Assembly: GCA_964016885.1 (NCBI GenBank)
Contig: OZ024761.1
Location: forward strand, 4,898,001-4,962,000
DNA from: Eledone cirrhosa
Lineage: Eukaryota
DNA length: 64,000 bases
Direction of reading: 5' to 3'
A program made the translations under genes and the position numbers. This document shows positions 14,071 through 26,796 of the stretch, piece after piece (the stretch's first letter is position 1; the number at the start of each line of letters is the position of its first letter). Below the pieces are notes generated by a model that saw only the letters and a program-made list of their open reading frames with translations, ran no database searches and was not told where the DNA came from.

Positions 14071-14116
<46 letters not shown>

Positions 14117-15870
14117 CACACACACACACACACACAGACACACATACACACTCACATATATATATATATATATATGTGTATGTGAGTGTGCGCACATACA
14201 CATATATACACACACACATACAAACACACACAAACACATACATATGCATACGTGCACACACACACACATATATCACATAGATACGAAGATAAACATATAA
14301 ATAGAGAGACATACATATATATACACAACACACATACACATACATACATACACGCATATACATATACATACATATATACACATATATATATTCCTATACA
14401 TACAAGCATACACATACATACACATATATACACATACATACAGATATACATACAACACATTCACATACACATACATATATAATACATATATATACATATA
14501 TATACATACATATGTATGTACAATCATATATACACACACAATCTTACATTCATATTTGCATGCTCATATATGTATTATTATATTTAGATATAAATACCCA
14601 AACCTATATAGACACCTACCTACATATATATTCATACATAGACGCTTACAAATACAGATGATAATAGTATGGGGGAAAGGGGGGGTTTGGAGAAGGGGAT
14701 CAAAGTAAATATATGTTTCAAGAAACATATAATATTTTCCGTATCTTAATTCAATGTATGTTCTTACATATTTTCAGTGCTAGGAAATACGAAATCTATG
14801 CATCTCAAAATAAATAAGTATACCATTAATCATATGTTAACTAAACCAAAGATAGTCAACATATTGATTTCTAAGGTGTAAATTAGTTAGGTTTATAATA
14901 TTTGAAGCAGAATTTTGAAGTCAAACAGTAGTAGATTATTAATTACATTATAACTAAATTAAAGTTAATAACATTATGGTATCAATATTAGGAGATGAAT
15001 TTAGTAATAGGGAAAAGAAACCCAAATAAAAATAAAATAAAGTATTACATCGGTAGTAGCATATAAATTATATGTTAACTAAATTAAAAATTATATATTT
15101 ATTTCAATAGTATACGTTAATTAGTATATGTTAATTAGGTATACAATACATAAAGCAGATATTGTATTTCATCAATAGCATAATATAATTATATGCAAAT
15201 AGAAATCAAAATTAATACGCATACATATACATATACATACACATACACATATACATACATATACACACATATATATATACATATATATATATATACATAT
15301 ATACATATATACACACATATACATACATACAGATACACATACACAACACACACATATACATATACATATACATATACATATCTTTTTCAAAAAATTGCAC
15401 AGAATATATTAACTAGGTATATATCCAAAACACATCCCATTCTATGATTACATGACATTCTGCAATTCGTCTGTATAAGGATACTAATTTTAAGCAAATT
15501 AAAATTAAAGTTTTAGGTTGATTAAAACTAAAACCAAATAATAAATATATTTCCAAAATGTATATTAATTAGGTCTATAATACTAAAAATTCTTTCTCCG
15601 TCATTGGATACATGATATTATTTTGTTATATTTTATCTGTAAAAGAATTATAATAAAAAAAAAAAAAAAAAAAAAAAAAATTATAATAAAAGGTTTAAAT
15701 AAATTAAAATTAATCTATAAATTAAATTACTAAGTATATATTAGTAATATTTAAAGGTTTTTCACAATTTATGATTACATAATATTTTCTCATCTGTAAT
15801 AAAATATTAATTAAATTAAATTTATAGGTTAACTAACATTTAAATTAAATTAATTTCTAGAATAATGTTA

Positions 15871-17373
15871 TTAATTAGGTTTATAATATTTAAATGTTTT
15901 TTTTAGTTTATGATTACACGATATAATTAATTCCTGTCGTTTATTTAATAAGATATCCTTAGACTTCATTATTTCAAATAGTTCTTGGGAACATAATCTA
16001 CATTCCTTTCTATTATTTTGATAAGGGGTGGCTCTTTTGAGCACACTCCAGGTCAAATCATATTTTATATTCTTATTTTTATAACTATTGATTTTTTCTG
16101 CTAGAGATGTTGTATTAGCCAGTGCGGCATTTTTAAAACTATGTTTGTGGGTATTAAACCTTGTCTTAAAATTGTTAGAGGTAGCTCCTATATATGAGCA
16201 AATAGAATCTTTAGTTTTAACATTACATTTATAGACTATGTTGTTAACAAGACAATTCCCTTTTAATGGGCAGTTTGTTTTGTTTCTACAGTTACATCCT
16301 TTCGTTAATTCTGTATTTGAGGAGATATTATTGTTAATTTGATGTACTGGTGGTATACTTATGGTTTTCTTACATTTAAATGCATTATATGCACTTATAT
16401 TTTGTTTTATGTTATTTGTTGTAGAGTATGAGAATTTAACTGTAGACCTATTTAAGATTTGATGGTATTTGTGGTTTGGCGGGAAGTTTTTCTCAAGGAT
16501 ATAAAAAAATTTTTTAGCAATATTATCCTTAACTTGTAAATTAAAAGGAGCATTATACCAAGTAACTCGTCTATTACGGTTTCTATGTTGTTTATTATTT
16601 TTATTATTTTTATAGGTTGTATCATGATTTTTACTAGGAGGATTAATGTTAATGATCTCACCACAACTATTTTTAGTTATATTTGTAGATTTAGGTGTTT
16701 TATCTTTTTTATTAGGAGTTTTATTATTAATATTTATTATAGTTGTATGATGAGTAGTTTTTTGAGGGTTACTATACTTTATATTAGAAGATTTAGTATT
16801 TTGGGGTATATTGTGGGTGGCATTTAGGTGTGTACTTTTCATTTGGTGTTTGTTGGTAATATTATGCTGTATGCTTTCAGTATTTTTAGTAGAAGGTATA
16901 TACTCTAATCTATTTTTGTGACCACTTCTATCTAGAGCTTCATTATAAAAGGTCGCATTTTTATCAAATACATCTTGGTTAGAAGAAAGGTTAGAAATTC
17001 TAAGTGATATATTATATGCAAGGTTTTTAAGGATAGATTTAGGGTGATTAGATTGTGAGTGTATGTAATGTAAGTTTTGGTTAGGTTTATGGTAAGGTTG
17101 GTATATACCCGTAGCTAAATCTAAAGTTATATCTAGGAAATTTACTACTTTACTTGTTTTTTCAAAAGTAATATTAAGATTATAATAGTCTTTAAGGAAA
17201 GTTCTAATATGTTTTTTGTTTTTTTCGATTTCTGAAAGGCTAAGGTTGTTAGAAAGAAGAAGACAGTCATCACGATATAAACCACCTTTGAGGTGGGGAA
17301 AAGAGGCATTTATGTTGAAAAGGAGAAAGAGGCCCATAAGATCAGTAATTTGGGCGGAATCGCTTGAACCCAT
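15871..17373 (-). CDS. Penelope-like element ORF fragment (C-terminal half of RT + Cys linker + GIY-YIG endonuclease), left arm
   Basis: FDITMGSSDSAQITDLMGL, GLYRDDCL (catalytic DD), VNFLDITL, CNCRNKTNCPLKGNC, IVYKC...SYIGATSNNFKTRFNTH, CRLCSQE; open for 500 aa; frame continues to the axis. Confidence 0.93.
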   Translation of the reverse strand: MGSSDSAQITDLMGLFLLFNINASFPHLKGGLYRDDCLLLSNNLSLSEIEKNKKHIRTFLKDYYNLNITFEKTSKVVNFLDITLDLATGIYQPYHKPNQNLHYIHSQSNHPKSILKNLAYNISLRISNLSSNQDVFDKNATFYNEALDRSGHKNRLEYIPSTKNTESIQHNITNKHQMKSTHLNATHNIPQNTKSSNIKYSNPQKTTHHTTIININNKTPNKKDKTPKSTNITKNSCGEIININPPSKNHDTTYKNNKNNKQHRNRNRRVTWYNAPFNLQVKDNIAKKFFYILEKNFPPNHKYHQILNRSTVKFSYSTTNNIKQNISAYNAFKCKKTISIPPVHQINNNISSNTELTKGCNCRNKTNCPLKGNCLVNNIVYKCNVKTKDSICSYIGATSNNFKTRFNTHKHSFKNAALANTTSLAEKINSYKNKNIKYDLTWSVLKRATPYQNNRKECRLCSQELFEIMKSKDILLNKRQELIISCNHKLKKTFKYYKPN

Positions 17374-17493
17374 AGTAATATCAAAAAGATTACTGTATGT
17401 GTTTCTGGTCCAGTACTCATTCTGAAATTCAATATTGAATTTCAGAATGAGTACTGGACCAGAAACACATACAGTAATCTTTTTGATATTACT

Positions 17494-18996
17494 ATGGGTT
17501 CAAGCGATTCCGCCCAAATTACTGATCTTATGGGCCTCTTTCTCCTTTTCAACATAAATGCCTCTTTTCCCCACCTCAAAGGTGGTTTATATCGTGATGA
17601 CTGTCTTCTTCTTTCTAACAACCTTAGCCTTTCAGAAATCGAAAAAAACAAAAAACATATTAGAACTTTCCTTAAAGACTATTATAATCTTAATATTACT
17701 TTTGAAAAAACAAGTAAAGTAGTAAATTTCCTAGATATAACTTTAGATTTAGCTACGGGTATATACCAACCTTACCATAAACCTAACCAAAACTTACATT
17801 ACATACACTCACAATCTAATCACCCTAAATCTATCCTTAAAAACCTTGCATATAATATATCACTTAGAATTTCTAACCTTTCTTCTAACCAAGATGTATT
17901 TGATAAAAATGCGACCTTTTATAATGAAGCTCTAGATAGAAGTGGCCACAAAAATAGATTAGAGTATATACCTTCTACTAAAAATACTGAAAGCATACAG
18001 CATAATATTACCAACAAACACCAAATGAAAAGTACACACCTAAATGCCACCCACAATATACCCCAAAATACTAAATCTTCTAATATAAAGTATAGTAACC
18101 CTCAAAAAACTACTCATCATACAACTATAATAAATATTAATAATAAAACTCCTAATAAAAAAGATAAAACACCTAAATCTACAAATATAACTAAAAATAG
18201 TTGTGGTGAGATCATTAACATTAATCCTCCTAGTAAAAATCATGATACAACCTATAAAAATAATAAAAATAATAAACAACATAGAAACCGTAATAGACGA
18301 GTTACTTGGTATAATGCTCCTTTTAATTTACAAGTTAAGGATAATATTGCTAAAAAATTTTTTTATATCCTTGAGAAAAACTTCCCGCCAAACCACAAAT
18401 ACCATCAAATCTTAAATAGGTCTACAGTTAAATTCTCATACTCTACAACAAATAACATAAAACAAAATATAAGTGCATATAATGCATTTAAATGTAAGAA
18501 AACCATAAGTATACCACCAGTACATCAAATTAACAATAATATCTCCTCAAATACAGAATTAACGAAAGGATGTAACTGTAGAAACAAAACAAACTGCCCA
18601 TTAAAAGGGAATTGTCTTGTTAACAACATAGTCTATAAATGTAATGTTAAAACTAAAGATTCTATTTGCTCATATATAGGAGCTACCTCTAACAATTTTA
18701 AGACAAGGTTTAATACCCACAAACATAGTTTTAAAAATGCCGCACTGGCTAATACAACATCTCTAGCAGAAAAAATCAATAGTTATAAAAATAAGAATAT
18801 AAAATATGATTTGACCTGGAGTGTGCTCAAAAGAGCCACCCCTTATCAAAATAATAGAAAGGAATGTAGATTATGTTCCCAAGAACTATTTGAAATAATG
18901 AAGTCTAAGGATATCTTATTAAATAAACGACAGGAATTAATTATATCGTGTAATCATAAACTAAAAAAAACATTTAAATATTATAAACCTAATTAA
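17494..18996 (+). CDS. Penelope-like element ORF fragment (C-terminal half of RT + Cys linker + GIY-YIG endonuclease), right arm
   Basis: Protein identical to the left-arm ORF. The frame starts at the axis (17434: IEFQNEYWTRNTYSNLFDITMG), so the N-terminal RT motifs are missing. Confidence 0.93.
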   Translation: MGSSDSAQITDLMGLFLLFNINASFPHLKGGLYRDDCLLLSNNLSLSEIEKNKKHIRTFLKDYYNLNITFEKTSKVVNFLDITLDLATGIYQPYHKPNQNLHYIHSQSNHPKSILKNLAYNISLRISNLSSNQDVFDKNATFYNEALDRSGHKNRLEYIPSTKNTESIQHNITNKHQMKSTHLNATHNIPQNTKSSNIKYSNPQKTTHHTTIININNKTPNKKDKTPKSTNITKNSCGEIININPPSKNHDTTYKNNKNNKQHRNRNRRVTWYNAPFNLQVKDNIAKKFFYILEKNFPPNHKYHQILNRSTVKFSYSTTNNIKQNISAYNAFKCKKTISIPPVHQINNNISSNTELTKGCNCRNKTNCPLKGNCLVNNIVYKCNVKTKDSICSYIGATSNNFKTRFNTHKHSFKNAALANTTSLAEKINSYKNKNIKYDLTWSVLKRATPYQNNRKECRLCSQELFEIMKSKDILLNKRQELIISCNHKLKKTFKYYKPN

Positions 18997-20748
18997 TAAC
19001 ATTATTCTAGAAATTAATTTAATTTAAATGTTAGTTAACCTATAAATTTAATTTAATTAATATTTTATTACAGATGAGAAAATATTATGTAATCATAAAT
19101 TGTGAAAAACCTTTAAATATTACTAATATATACTTAGTAATTTAATTTATAGATTAATTTTAATTTATTTAAACCTTTTATTATAATTTTTTTTTTTTTT
19201 TTTTTTTTATTATAATTCTTTTACAGATAAAATATAACAAAATAATATCATGTATCCAATGACGGAGAAAGAATTTTTAGTATTATAGACCTAATTAATA
19301 TACATTTTGGAAATATATTTATTATTTGGTTTTAGTTTTAATCAACCTAAAACTTTAATTTTAATTTGCTTAAAATTAGTATCCTTATACAGACGAATTG
19401 CAGAATGTCATGTAATCATAGAATGGGATGTGTTTTGGATATATACCTAGTTAATATATTCTGTGCAATTTTTTGAAAAAGATATGTATATGTATATGTA
19501 TATGTATATGTGTGTGTTGTGTATGTGTATCTGTATGTATGTATATGTGTGTATATATGTATATATGTATATATATATATATATGTATATATATATGTGT
19601 GTATATGTATGTATATGTGTATGTGTATGTATATGTATATGTATGCGTATTAATTTTGATTTCTATTTGCATATAATTATATTATGCTATTGATGAAATA
19701 CAATATCTGCTTTATGTATTGTATACCTAATTAACATATACTAATTAACGTATACTATTGAAATAAATATATAATTTTTAATTTAGTTAACATATAATTT
19801 ATATGCTACTACCGATGTAATACTTTATTTTATTTTTATTTGGGTTTCTTTTCCCTATTACTAAATTCATCTCCTAATATTGATACCATAATGTTATTAA
19901 CTTTAATTTAGTTATAATGTAATTAATAATCTACTACTGTTTGACTTCAAAATTCTGCTTCAAATATTATAAACCTAACTAATTTACACCTTAGAAATCA
20001 ATATGTTGACTATCTTTGGTTTAGTTAACATATGATTAATGGTATACTTATTTATTTTGAGATGCATAGATTTCGTATTTCCTAGCACTGAAAATATGTA
20101 AGAACATACATTGAATTAAGATACGGAAAATATTATATGTTTCTTGAAACATATATTTACTTTGATCCCCTTCTCCAAACCCCCCCTTTCCCCCATACTA
20201 TTATCATCTGTATTTGTAAGCGTCTATGTATGAATATATATGTAGGTAGGTGTCTATATAGGTTTGGGTATTTATATCTAAATATAATAATACATATATG
20301 AGCATGCAAATATGAATGTAAGATTGTGTGTGTATATATGATTGTACATACATATGTATGTATATATATGTATATATATGTATTATATATGTATGTGTAT
20401 GTGAATGTGTTGTATGTATATCTGTATGTATGTGTATATATGTGTATGTATGTGTATGCTTGTATGTATAGGAATATATATATGTGTATATATGTATGTA
20501 TATGTATATGCGTGTATGTATGTATGTGTATGTGTGTTGTGTATATATATGTATGTCTCTCTATTTATATGTTTATCTTCGTATCTATGTGATATATGTG
20601 TGTGTGTGTGCACGTATGCATATGTATGTGTTTGTGTGTGTTTGTATGTGTGTGTGTATATATGTGTATGTGCGCACACTCACATACACATATATATATA
20701 TATATATATGTGAGTGTGTATGTGTGTCTGTGTGTGTGTGTGTGTGTG

Positions 20749-20794
<46 letters not shown>

Positions 20795-21236
20795 GATATA
20801 TATATATATATATATATATATAGGTGTCTATGTGTGAATATATGTCTTTATTCGTATGTGTGTATTTATGTATGTATATATTTATGTGTATGTATGTATG
20901 TGTATGTATGTATGTATATATATATATATATATATATGTATATGTATATATATATATATGTATATTATTCTTTATTATTATTGTAATATAACTTATGTGT
21001 ATATGTGTATAAGTGAGGTTGTGTATGTATATATAATATGTGTATATATAAGAGTAATGAAATATATATATATATATATATGTGCATGTCTGTTTTTTAT
21101 GTGTGTGTATATATATATATGTGTATGTATATATATATATATATATGTATACGTGTGTGTATGTAGATATATATATATATATGCATGTGGGTGTTTGTAT
21201 GTGTATTTATGGTGGTATGAGTGTGTGGATATATAT

Positions 21237-21275
<39 letters not shown>

Positions 21276-21661
21276 TCTATGTGTGTGTGTGTATATATAT
21301 ATATGTATGTATATATATATATATATATATGTATGTGTATATATATGTGTGTGTGTATGTATATATATATGTGTATGTATGTGTGTATATATATATATCT
21401 CTATTAATGCGTGTGTGTATGTATATACATATGCCTTTTTATTATTATTTTCATTTGTATGTCTGAGTTTGGTGAGGTTGTATTGTTTTTTATGTATATA
21501 CACATATATGGAAGCGTATGTATTTATTTATATGAGTATAAGTAGGTGCATATGTATGTATGATTATATATCTAATTCTATGTATGAAGGTACGTCTATA
21601 TATATATATATATACGTGTGTATGTAAGTTTGTGTGTGTATGTATCTTTATGTCTATGTGA

Positions 21662-21711
<50 letters not shown>

Positions 21712-21794
21712 CGATGTGCGTATATGTATGTACATGTATGTACATGTATGTGTGTATGTATGTGTATGTATGTGTATGTATATGTATGTATATG

Positions 21795-21831
<37 letters not shown>

Positions 21832-22661
21832 CTGTGTGTGTATATATATATATATGGATATATATCTTTATTATCTATTTTTTATATATATGTGTATGTG
21901 TGTATGTGTTGCGCGTGTGTGTGTGTATATATATATCTTTTTATATGTGTATGTGTATGTTCGTGTAAGTGTATGTGTGTGTATGACTGTATATGTATGT
22001 GTGTATGTGTGTATGCGTAAATATCTCTATGTGCGCGTACATGTATGTATGTGTATGTATATCTGTATGTGTATGTACATTATATTATATTTATTATATT
22101 TTATTGTTTTTATTTTTTTATTTTTTCTTAATTTATAGATACATTTATATTAGGCAGTCTGCTCAGACAATTGAATACTGACCCCTCCCCCCCCTCCCAC
22201 CTAATTTCTGTATCTTGATCTTGAAATGTGTGTGCCAGTGTTTTATGTGAGTGACTTAATTTCTATGTGCTTATGATTTTATATCCACATATATAAATGT
22301 GAGTGGGGGAGTGTGTGTGTTTGTATGTTCGTGGTTATGTGTATATTTATGCATATACGCGCATGTATGTGTGATTATACTGATATGTGTGAGTATGAAA
22401 AAATATATTTATATGCTTGACTCCATAAGTATCAATGCGCATCTTATCAGCGCATTAAGCTTACAGAGATATTAACCTTGAAATTTTGTGTTTGCATCCA
22501 TCTTTTTAGTATGCGCATACAAATTATACACACATTATTGTAAAATATGTGTAAGGATTTTACATGTATATACACACACCGAACTGCTTTTAACCCTTTG
22601 TGTTTTCATTGGTCAATTTTGAACTGATATTTTGAATTGTTGTTATTATCAATAAATATAC

Positions 22662-22816
22662 TTCATTATTTCTGAAGACGGCGTATATATGTGTTAGGCA
22701 TGTATATTTAATCTTGATAATTTGTATAATTTTGTATAATTTTGTACATAGATCTGTTGAATATGCATACCAATTATAACACATATATACCCTAGAAACG
22801 ATCGTTAAATAATGAA
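22662..22816 (+). ncRNA. type I hammerhead ribozyme near the 3' end of the Penelope element
   Basis: ttcattattt-CTGAAGA-...gtatatatgtgtta...taacacatatatac...-GAAAC-gatc-GTT-aaataatgaa: 10-bp stem I, 14-bp helix in stem II (imperfect next to the core), palindromic loop III. Confidence 0.8.
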
Positions 22817-22884
22817 CTTTTTTTGTTTAATATAAGGAATTGTTTATTCATTATTTGTTTAATATTTTATATATATATATATAT

Positions 22885-23078
22885 ATAGGAACGAGTAGGA
22901 CCCCGACGGCTGAGCTCAAGCCGTTTCGACGGCTAATTCTGGACAGAATTAGCCGTCGAAACGGCTTGAGCTCAGCCGTCGGGGTCCTACTCGTTCCTAT
23001 TACCCACTCTACTACCCCAAGTATTGAGTACTTTGGTGCGTTATGGTCCACCTGGTTCCTTACCACATTTCCTTCGTT
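22885..23078 (+). mobile_element. short TA-flanked element containing the 3' half of a hammerhead, with a perfect 57-bp-arm fold-back. Family members at 30611-30768, 36471-36530 (-) and 38263-38312
   Basis: Palindrome 22885-23000 with a 2-nt loop; GAAAC-ggct-tgagctc-agcc-GTC-gggg; tail tacccactctactaccc...ccttcgtt(AT)n shared with the 30611 copy. Confidence 0.75.
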
Positions 23079-23133
23079 ATATATATATATATATATATAT
23101 ATAAGATCAAAAGATGGTTAAAGGAGTTCAATA

Positions 23134-23204
23134 TATTTTATTATGCGCATTTCAAAAACAAACATCATCATGCAATAATATTTGTGTTTTCATCAGATAA
23201 AATA
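23134..23204 (-). ncRNA. type I hammerhead ribozyme
   Basis: tattttat-CTGATGA-aaaacacaaatat...atgtttgttttt-GAAA-tgcgca-TA-ataaaata. Confidence 0.8.
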
Positions 23205-23533
23205 GGAGAACATGATATGAAGGCTAAAAAACACTTGTGGATAGTGCAGTTTTAAATCAACATATATATATACACACACAAGAAGAAAGTTCAGCATAAT
23301 CGAAGCCCTGGTTGCAGCCAAGCTAACGAATGCATATATATATGTATAAATAAAATAGGATCTTTTGTTCTGTTTAATATACGATTGTTAAACTATCTCT
23401 CTTTCCATCTAATTGCATGGCTCGCTAGTCTAGCGACCTATATGCATTGGGCAGATATATATATGTACATAGAAAACCTGAACCGTTAAGGTCACTTTTC
23501 TTGGTTATGTTAAAATTTATAAAACAAACTTTG

Positions 23534-23594
23534 TATTTTATCTGATGAACACGTACCAAAGTATTGGTACCCTTGAAATATATATAATAGAATA
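23534..23594 (+). ncRNA. type I hammerhead ribozyme
   Basis: tattttat-CTGATGA-acac-gtaccaa/agta/ttggtac-cctt-GAAA-tatata-TA-atagaata. Confidence 0.75.
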
Positions 23595-23848
23595 AATATG
23601 GTTTTATAAATATAGTTTCCATTTATTTAATATCATTGAATATTATACTCCAGAAAACTGTCGAGTGCTCTAAATCAGTTATAAACATTTATATTTATTG
23701 AATTACCAACAAATTCAATATCCCTTTTGCTTATAAGCGATGAAATGCCTATGATGGTTGGAAGATCACTGATGAAGGACAAACTTTTTCATATGTAACC
23801 CATTTGCAACGCCGCAGCTCCATTATTATCATATATATATATATATAT

Positions 23849-23934
23849 CCGTATTTTGACTAAAGAAATTAAAGAAATTATTTAGCCTGATAGTAGGCTA
23901 AATAATTTCTTTAATTTCTTTAGTCAAAATACGG
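23849..23934. repeat. 40-bp-arm perfect inverted repeat abutting a (TA)n array
   Basis: ccgtattttgactaaagaaattaaagaaattatttagcct-gatagt-aggctaaataatttctttaatttctttagtcaaaatacgg. Confidence 0.95.
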
Positions 23935-24077
23935 CGATAGCTTACATTTCGGATATGAAAGGCGGGAAGTTGGCAGAATCGTTAGAACGTCCTATAAAAT
24001 GCCTTGCGGTTTTAGTTCTGGTTCACAGAACTCTGACTTCGAAACAGGCCGAAGTCAATTTTGCTTTTCATCCATTA

Positions 24078-25170
24078 GGTTGTGATGTGTTGTAAGTCAT
24101 GGGAAGTGTTGTGTGGCAGTGTATGTTGTTGTGATGTGTTGTGAGACATGGGAAGTGTTGTGTGGCAGTGTATGTCCTTGTGATGTGTTGTGAGACATGG
24201 GAAGTGTTGTGTGGCAGTGTATGTTGTTGTGATGTGTTGTGAGACATGGGAAGTGTTATGTGGCAGTGTATGTCATTGTGATGTGTTGTGAGACATGGGA
24301 AGTGTTGTGTGGCAGTGTATGTTGTTGTGATGTGTTGTGAGACATGGGAAGTGTTGTGTGGCAGTGTATGTCCTTGTGATGTGTTGTGAGACATGGGAAG
24401 TGTTGTGTGGCAGTGTATGTTATTGTGATGTGTTGTGAGACATGGGAAGTGTTGTGTGGCAGTGTATGTCATTGTGATGTGTTGTGAGACATGGGAAGTG
24501 TTGTGTGGCAGTGTATGTCATTGTGATGTGTTGTGAGACATGGGAAGTGTTGTGTGGCAGTGTATGTCCTTGTGATGTGTTGTGAGACATGGGAAGTGTT
24601 GTGTGGCAGTGTATATTGTTGTGATGTGTTGTAAGACATGGGAAGTGTTGTGTGGCAGTGTATGTTGTTGTGATGTGTTGTGAGTCATGGGAAGTGTTGT
24701 GTGGCAGTGTATGTTGTTGTGAATCATGGGAAGTGTTGTGTGTCAGTGTATGTCATTGTGATGTGTTGTGAGACATGGGAAGTGTTGTGTGGCAGTGTAT
24801 GTTGTGATGTGTTGTAAGGGAAGTGTTGTGTGTTAGTGTATGTCATTGTGATGTGTTGTGAGACATGGGAAGTGTTGTGTGGCAGTGTATGTTGTGATGT
24901 GTTGTAAGGGAAGTGTTGTGTGGCAGTGTATGTTGTTGTGATGTGTTGTGAGACACGGGAAGTGTTGTGTGGCAGTGTATGTTGTGATGTGTTGCGATAC
25001 ACGGGAAGTGTGGTGTGGTAGTGTATGTTGTGATGTGTTGTAAGACATGGGAAGTGTTGTGTGGCAGTGTCTGTTGTTGAGATGTGTTGTAAGGGGAGTG
25101 CTCTGTGGCAGTGTATGTTGTTGTGATGTGTTGTAAGGGAAGTGTTGTGTGGCAGTGTATATTGTGATGA
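24078..25170. repeat. 49-bp minisatellite
   Basis: Unit gtgatgtgttgtgagacatgggaagtgttgtgtggcagtgtatgttgtt, with shorter variants toward the right end. Confidence 0.95.
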
Positions 25171-25384
25171 GGAATTTGTAAATAAAAAACACTGGCACTC
25201 AGTATTACACGAGTATTTCAATTGATACGTTCAACGGAATCTGCTCGCGAAATTGATGTGTAAGTGGCTGAGCATTCCACAGACACGTGTACCTTTAACG
25301 AAGTTCTCAGGGAGATTCAGCGTGTCACAGAATGTGTGACTGCGTGAGTGTGTGTGTGTGTGTGAGAGAGAGAAAGAGAGAGAG

Positions 25385-25524
<140 letters not shown>

Positions 25525-25603
25525 GTAATCAGAAATAACAAAGCAATAACACAGTACAATGAAGAAATATATTAGTTCAACGCTTGAAATAGCAGGAAGG
25601 GGG

Positions 25604-25640
25604 TCTTAACGTTTCAGACAATAGACCTTCATCAGAAAAT
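25604..25640 (-). ncRNA. minimal hammerhead-like core. Related cassettes at 8700-8732 (-) and, truncated, at 63870-63940
   Basis: ttt-CTGATGA-aggtctattgtct-GAAAC-GTT-aag with a palindromic AACGTT; weak stems. Confidence 0.5.
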
Positions 25641-26076
25641 AGAATGAGAAAGACAGATGAAATAGAAAGATAGAGAATGGGAAGAGGAAGGGACGGATTT
25701 GAGATGAGAAAAAAACAAAAAAAACACACGTGCGTATTCAGTCAGCCGCATTTTGGTAAACAGCAACTGTGTAGAAGTCCGTCAGATGATGCGTACATGT
25801 AATTGAAAGGGTTAACTTTGTCATACACTGGCACGGCCACTTTACTCTGCTCACGTGTAAAGTTACACATATTTGTGGAGTATTCAACACATTTGTTTAT
25901 GAGAAATGTACTTCAGTTGAACGAACAAATAGAACATTCTTTTGTATAATACACAATTGGGGGTTTTAGTCCTGTTTATTATATATTTATTGACATTTTA
26001 ATTAAGGTAAAGTATGTGTTACTTTATTGTCTGTGTGTGTGAGTGTGTTTATCTGCGTGTGTGTGTGTGTGTGTAT

Positions 26077-26110
<34 letters not shown>

Positions 26111-26117
26111 ATCTGCC

Positions 26118-26156
<39 letters not shown>

Positions 26157-26796
26157 GTGTGTTTATCTGCTTGTGTGCGTGTGTGCGTTTATTATCTGCC
26201 TCTCTCTGTGTGTGTGTGTGTGTGTGTGTGTTTATTATCTGCCTCTGTGTGTGTGTGTATGTGTGTGTGTGTGTTTATTATCTGCTTGTGTAGTTTTATT
26301 ACTATGTTTATAACTAGAATGGTTGTCATTATTTACCAGTAGGAATCTTTTTCACATAAATACTTCAACGATACAGTGAAAACATTTATTATTTAGATCG
26401 GACAAAATACTTTATGACATAGAGTTACGGCCCTTTATGTTCTGAGTTCAAATCTTGTCGAGGTTAGCTTTGCCTTTCATCCTTATATGGTTGATAAAAT
26501 AAAGTACCAGTAACGCACTGGGGTCGATTTGTTCCACTTTCCTCTCCCCCGCTTTCCGCTTTGTACCTAAATCAGAATATAAATAATTCTTTCTACATTT
26601 GGCACAAGGCCAGCAATTACCAGTGTATTACTGGTACTTTATTTTATCGACCCCATAAGGATGAAAAGCAAAGATAACCTCAGTGGGATTTGAACTCAGA
26701 ATGGCAAGGGCCGTAACTCTATGCGTTAAAGCATGGCGTCCGAGCCTCTACCAATACTGCCAATCCACCAATGTACCTAGATTAATATATATAACA

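Larger units (their letters stand above)
11859..22870. mobile_element. palindromic, 5'-truncated Penelope-like element insertion flanked by (TA)n on both sides
   Basis: Mirror axis between 17433 and 17434 (tctgaaattcaat|attgaatttcaga). Arms are 11993-17433 and 17434-22870. The left arm runs ~135 bp further to a TA array. Confidence 0.92.

Noticed and set aside
17494-18996. autonomous, complete Penelope ORF
   Set aside because: The ATG is internal to RT (FDITMGS). The N-terminal RT motifs are lost at the palindrome axis.
23738-23810. SECIS- or snoRNA-like motif (atgaa...tgatga), with a homologue at ~36788-36865
   Set aside because: No selenoprotein ORF is nearby and the boxes are not conserved between the two copies; it is best treated as an unclassified repeat fragment.
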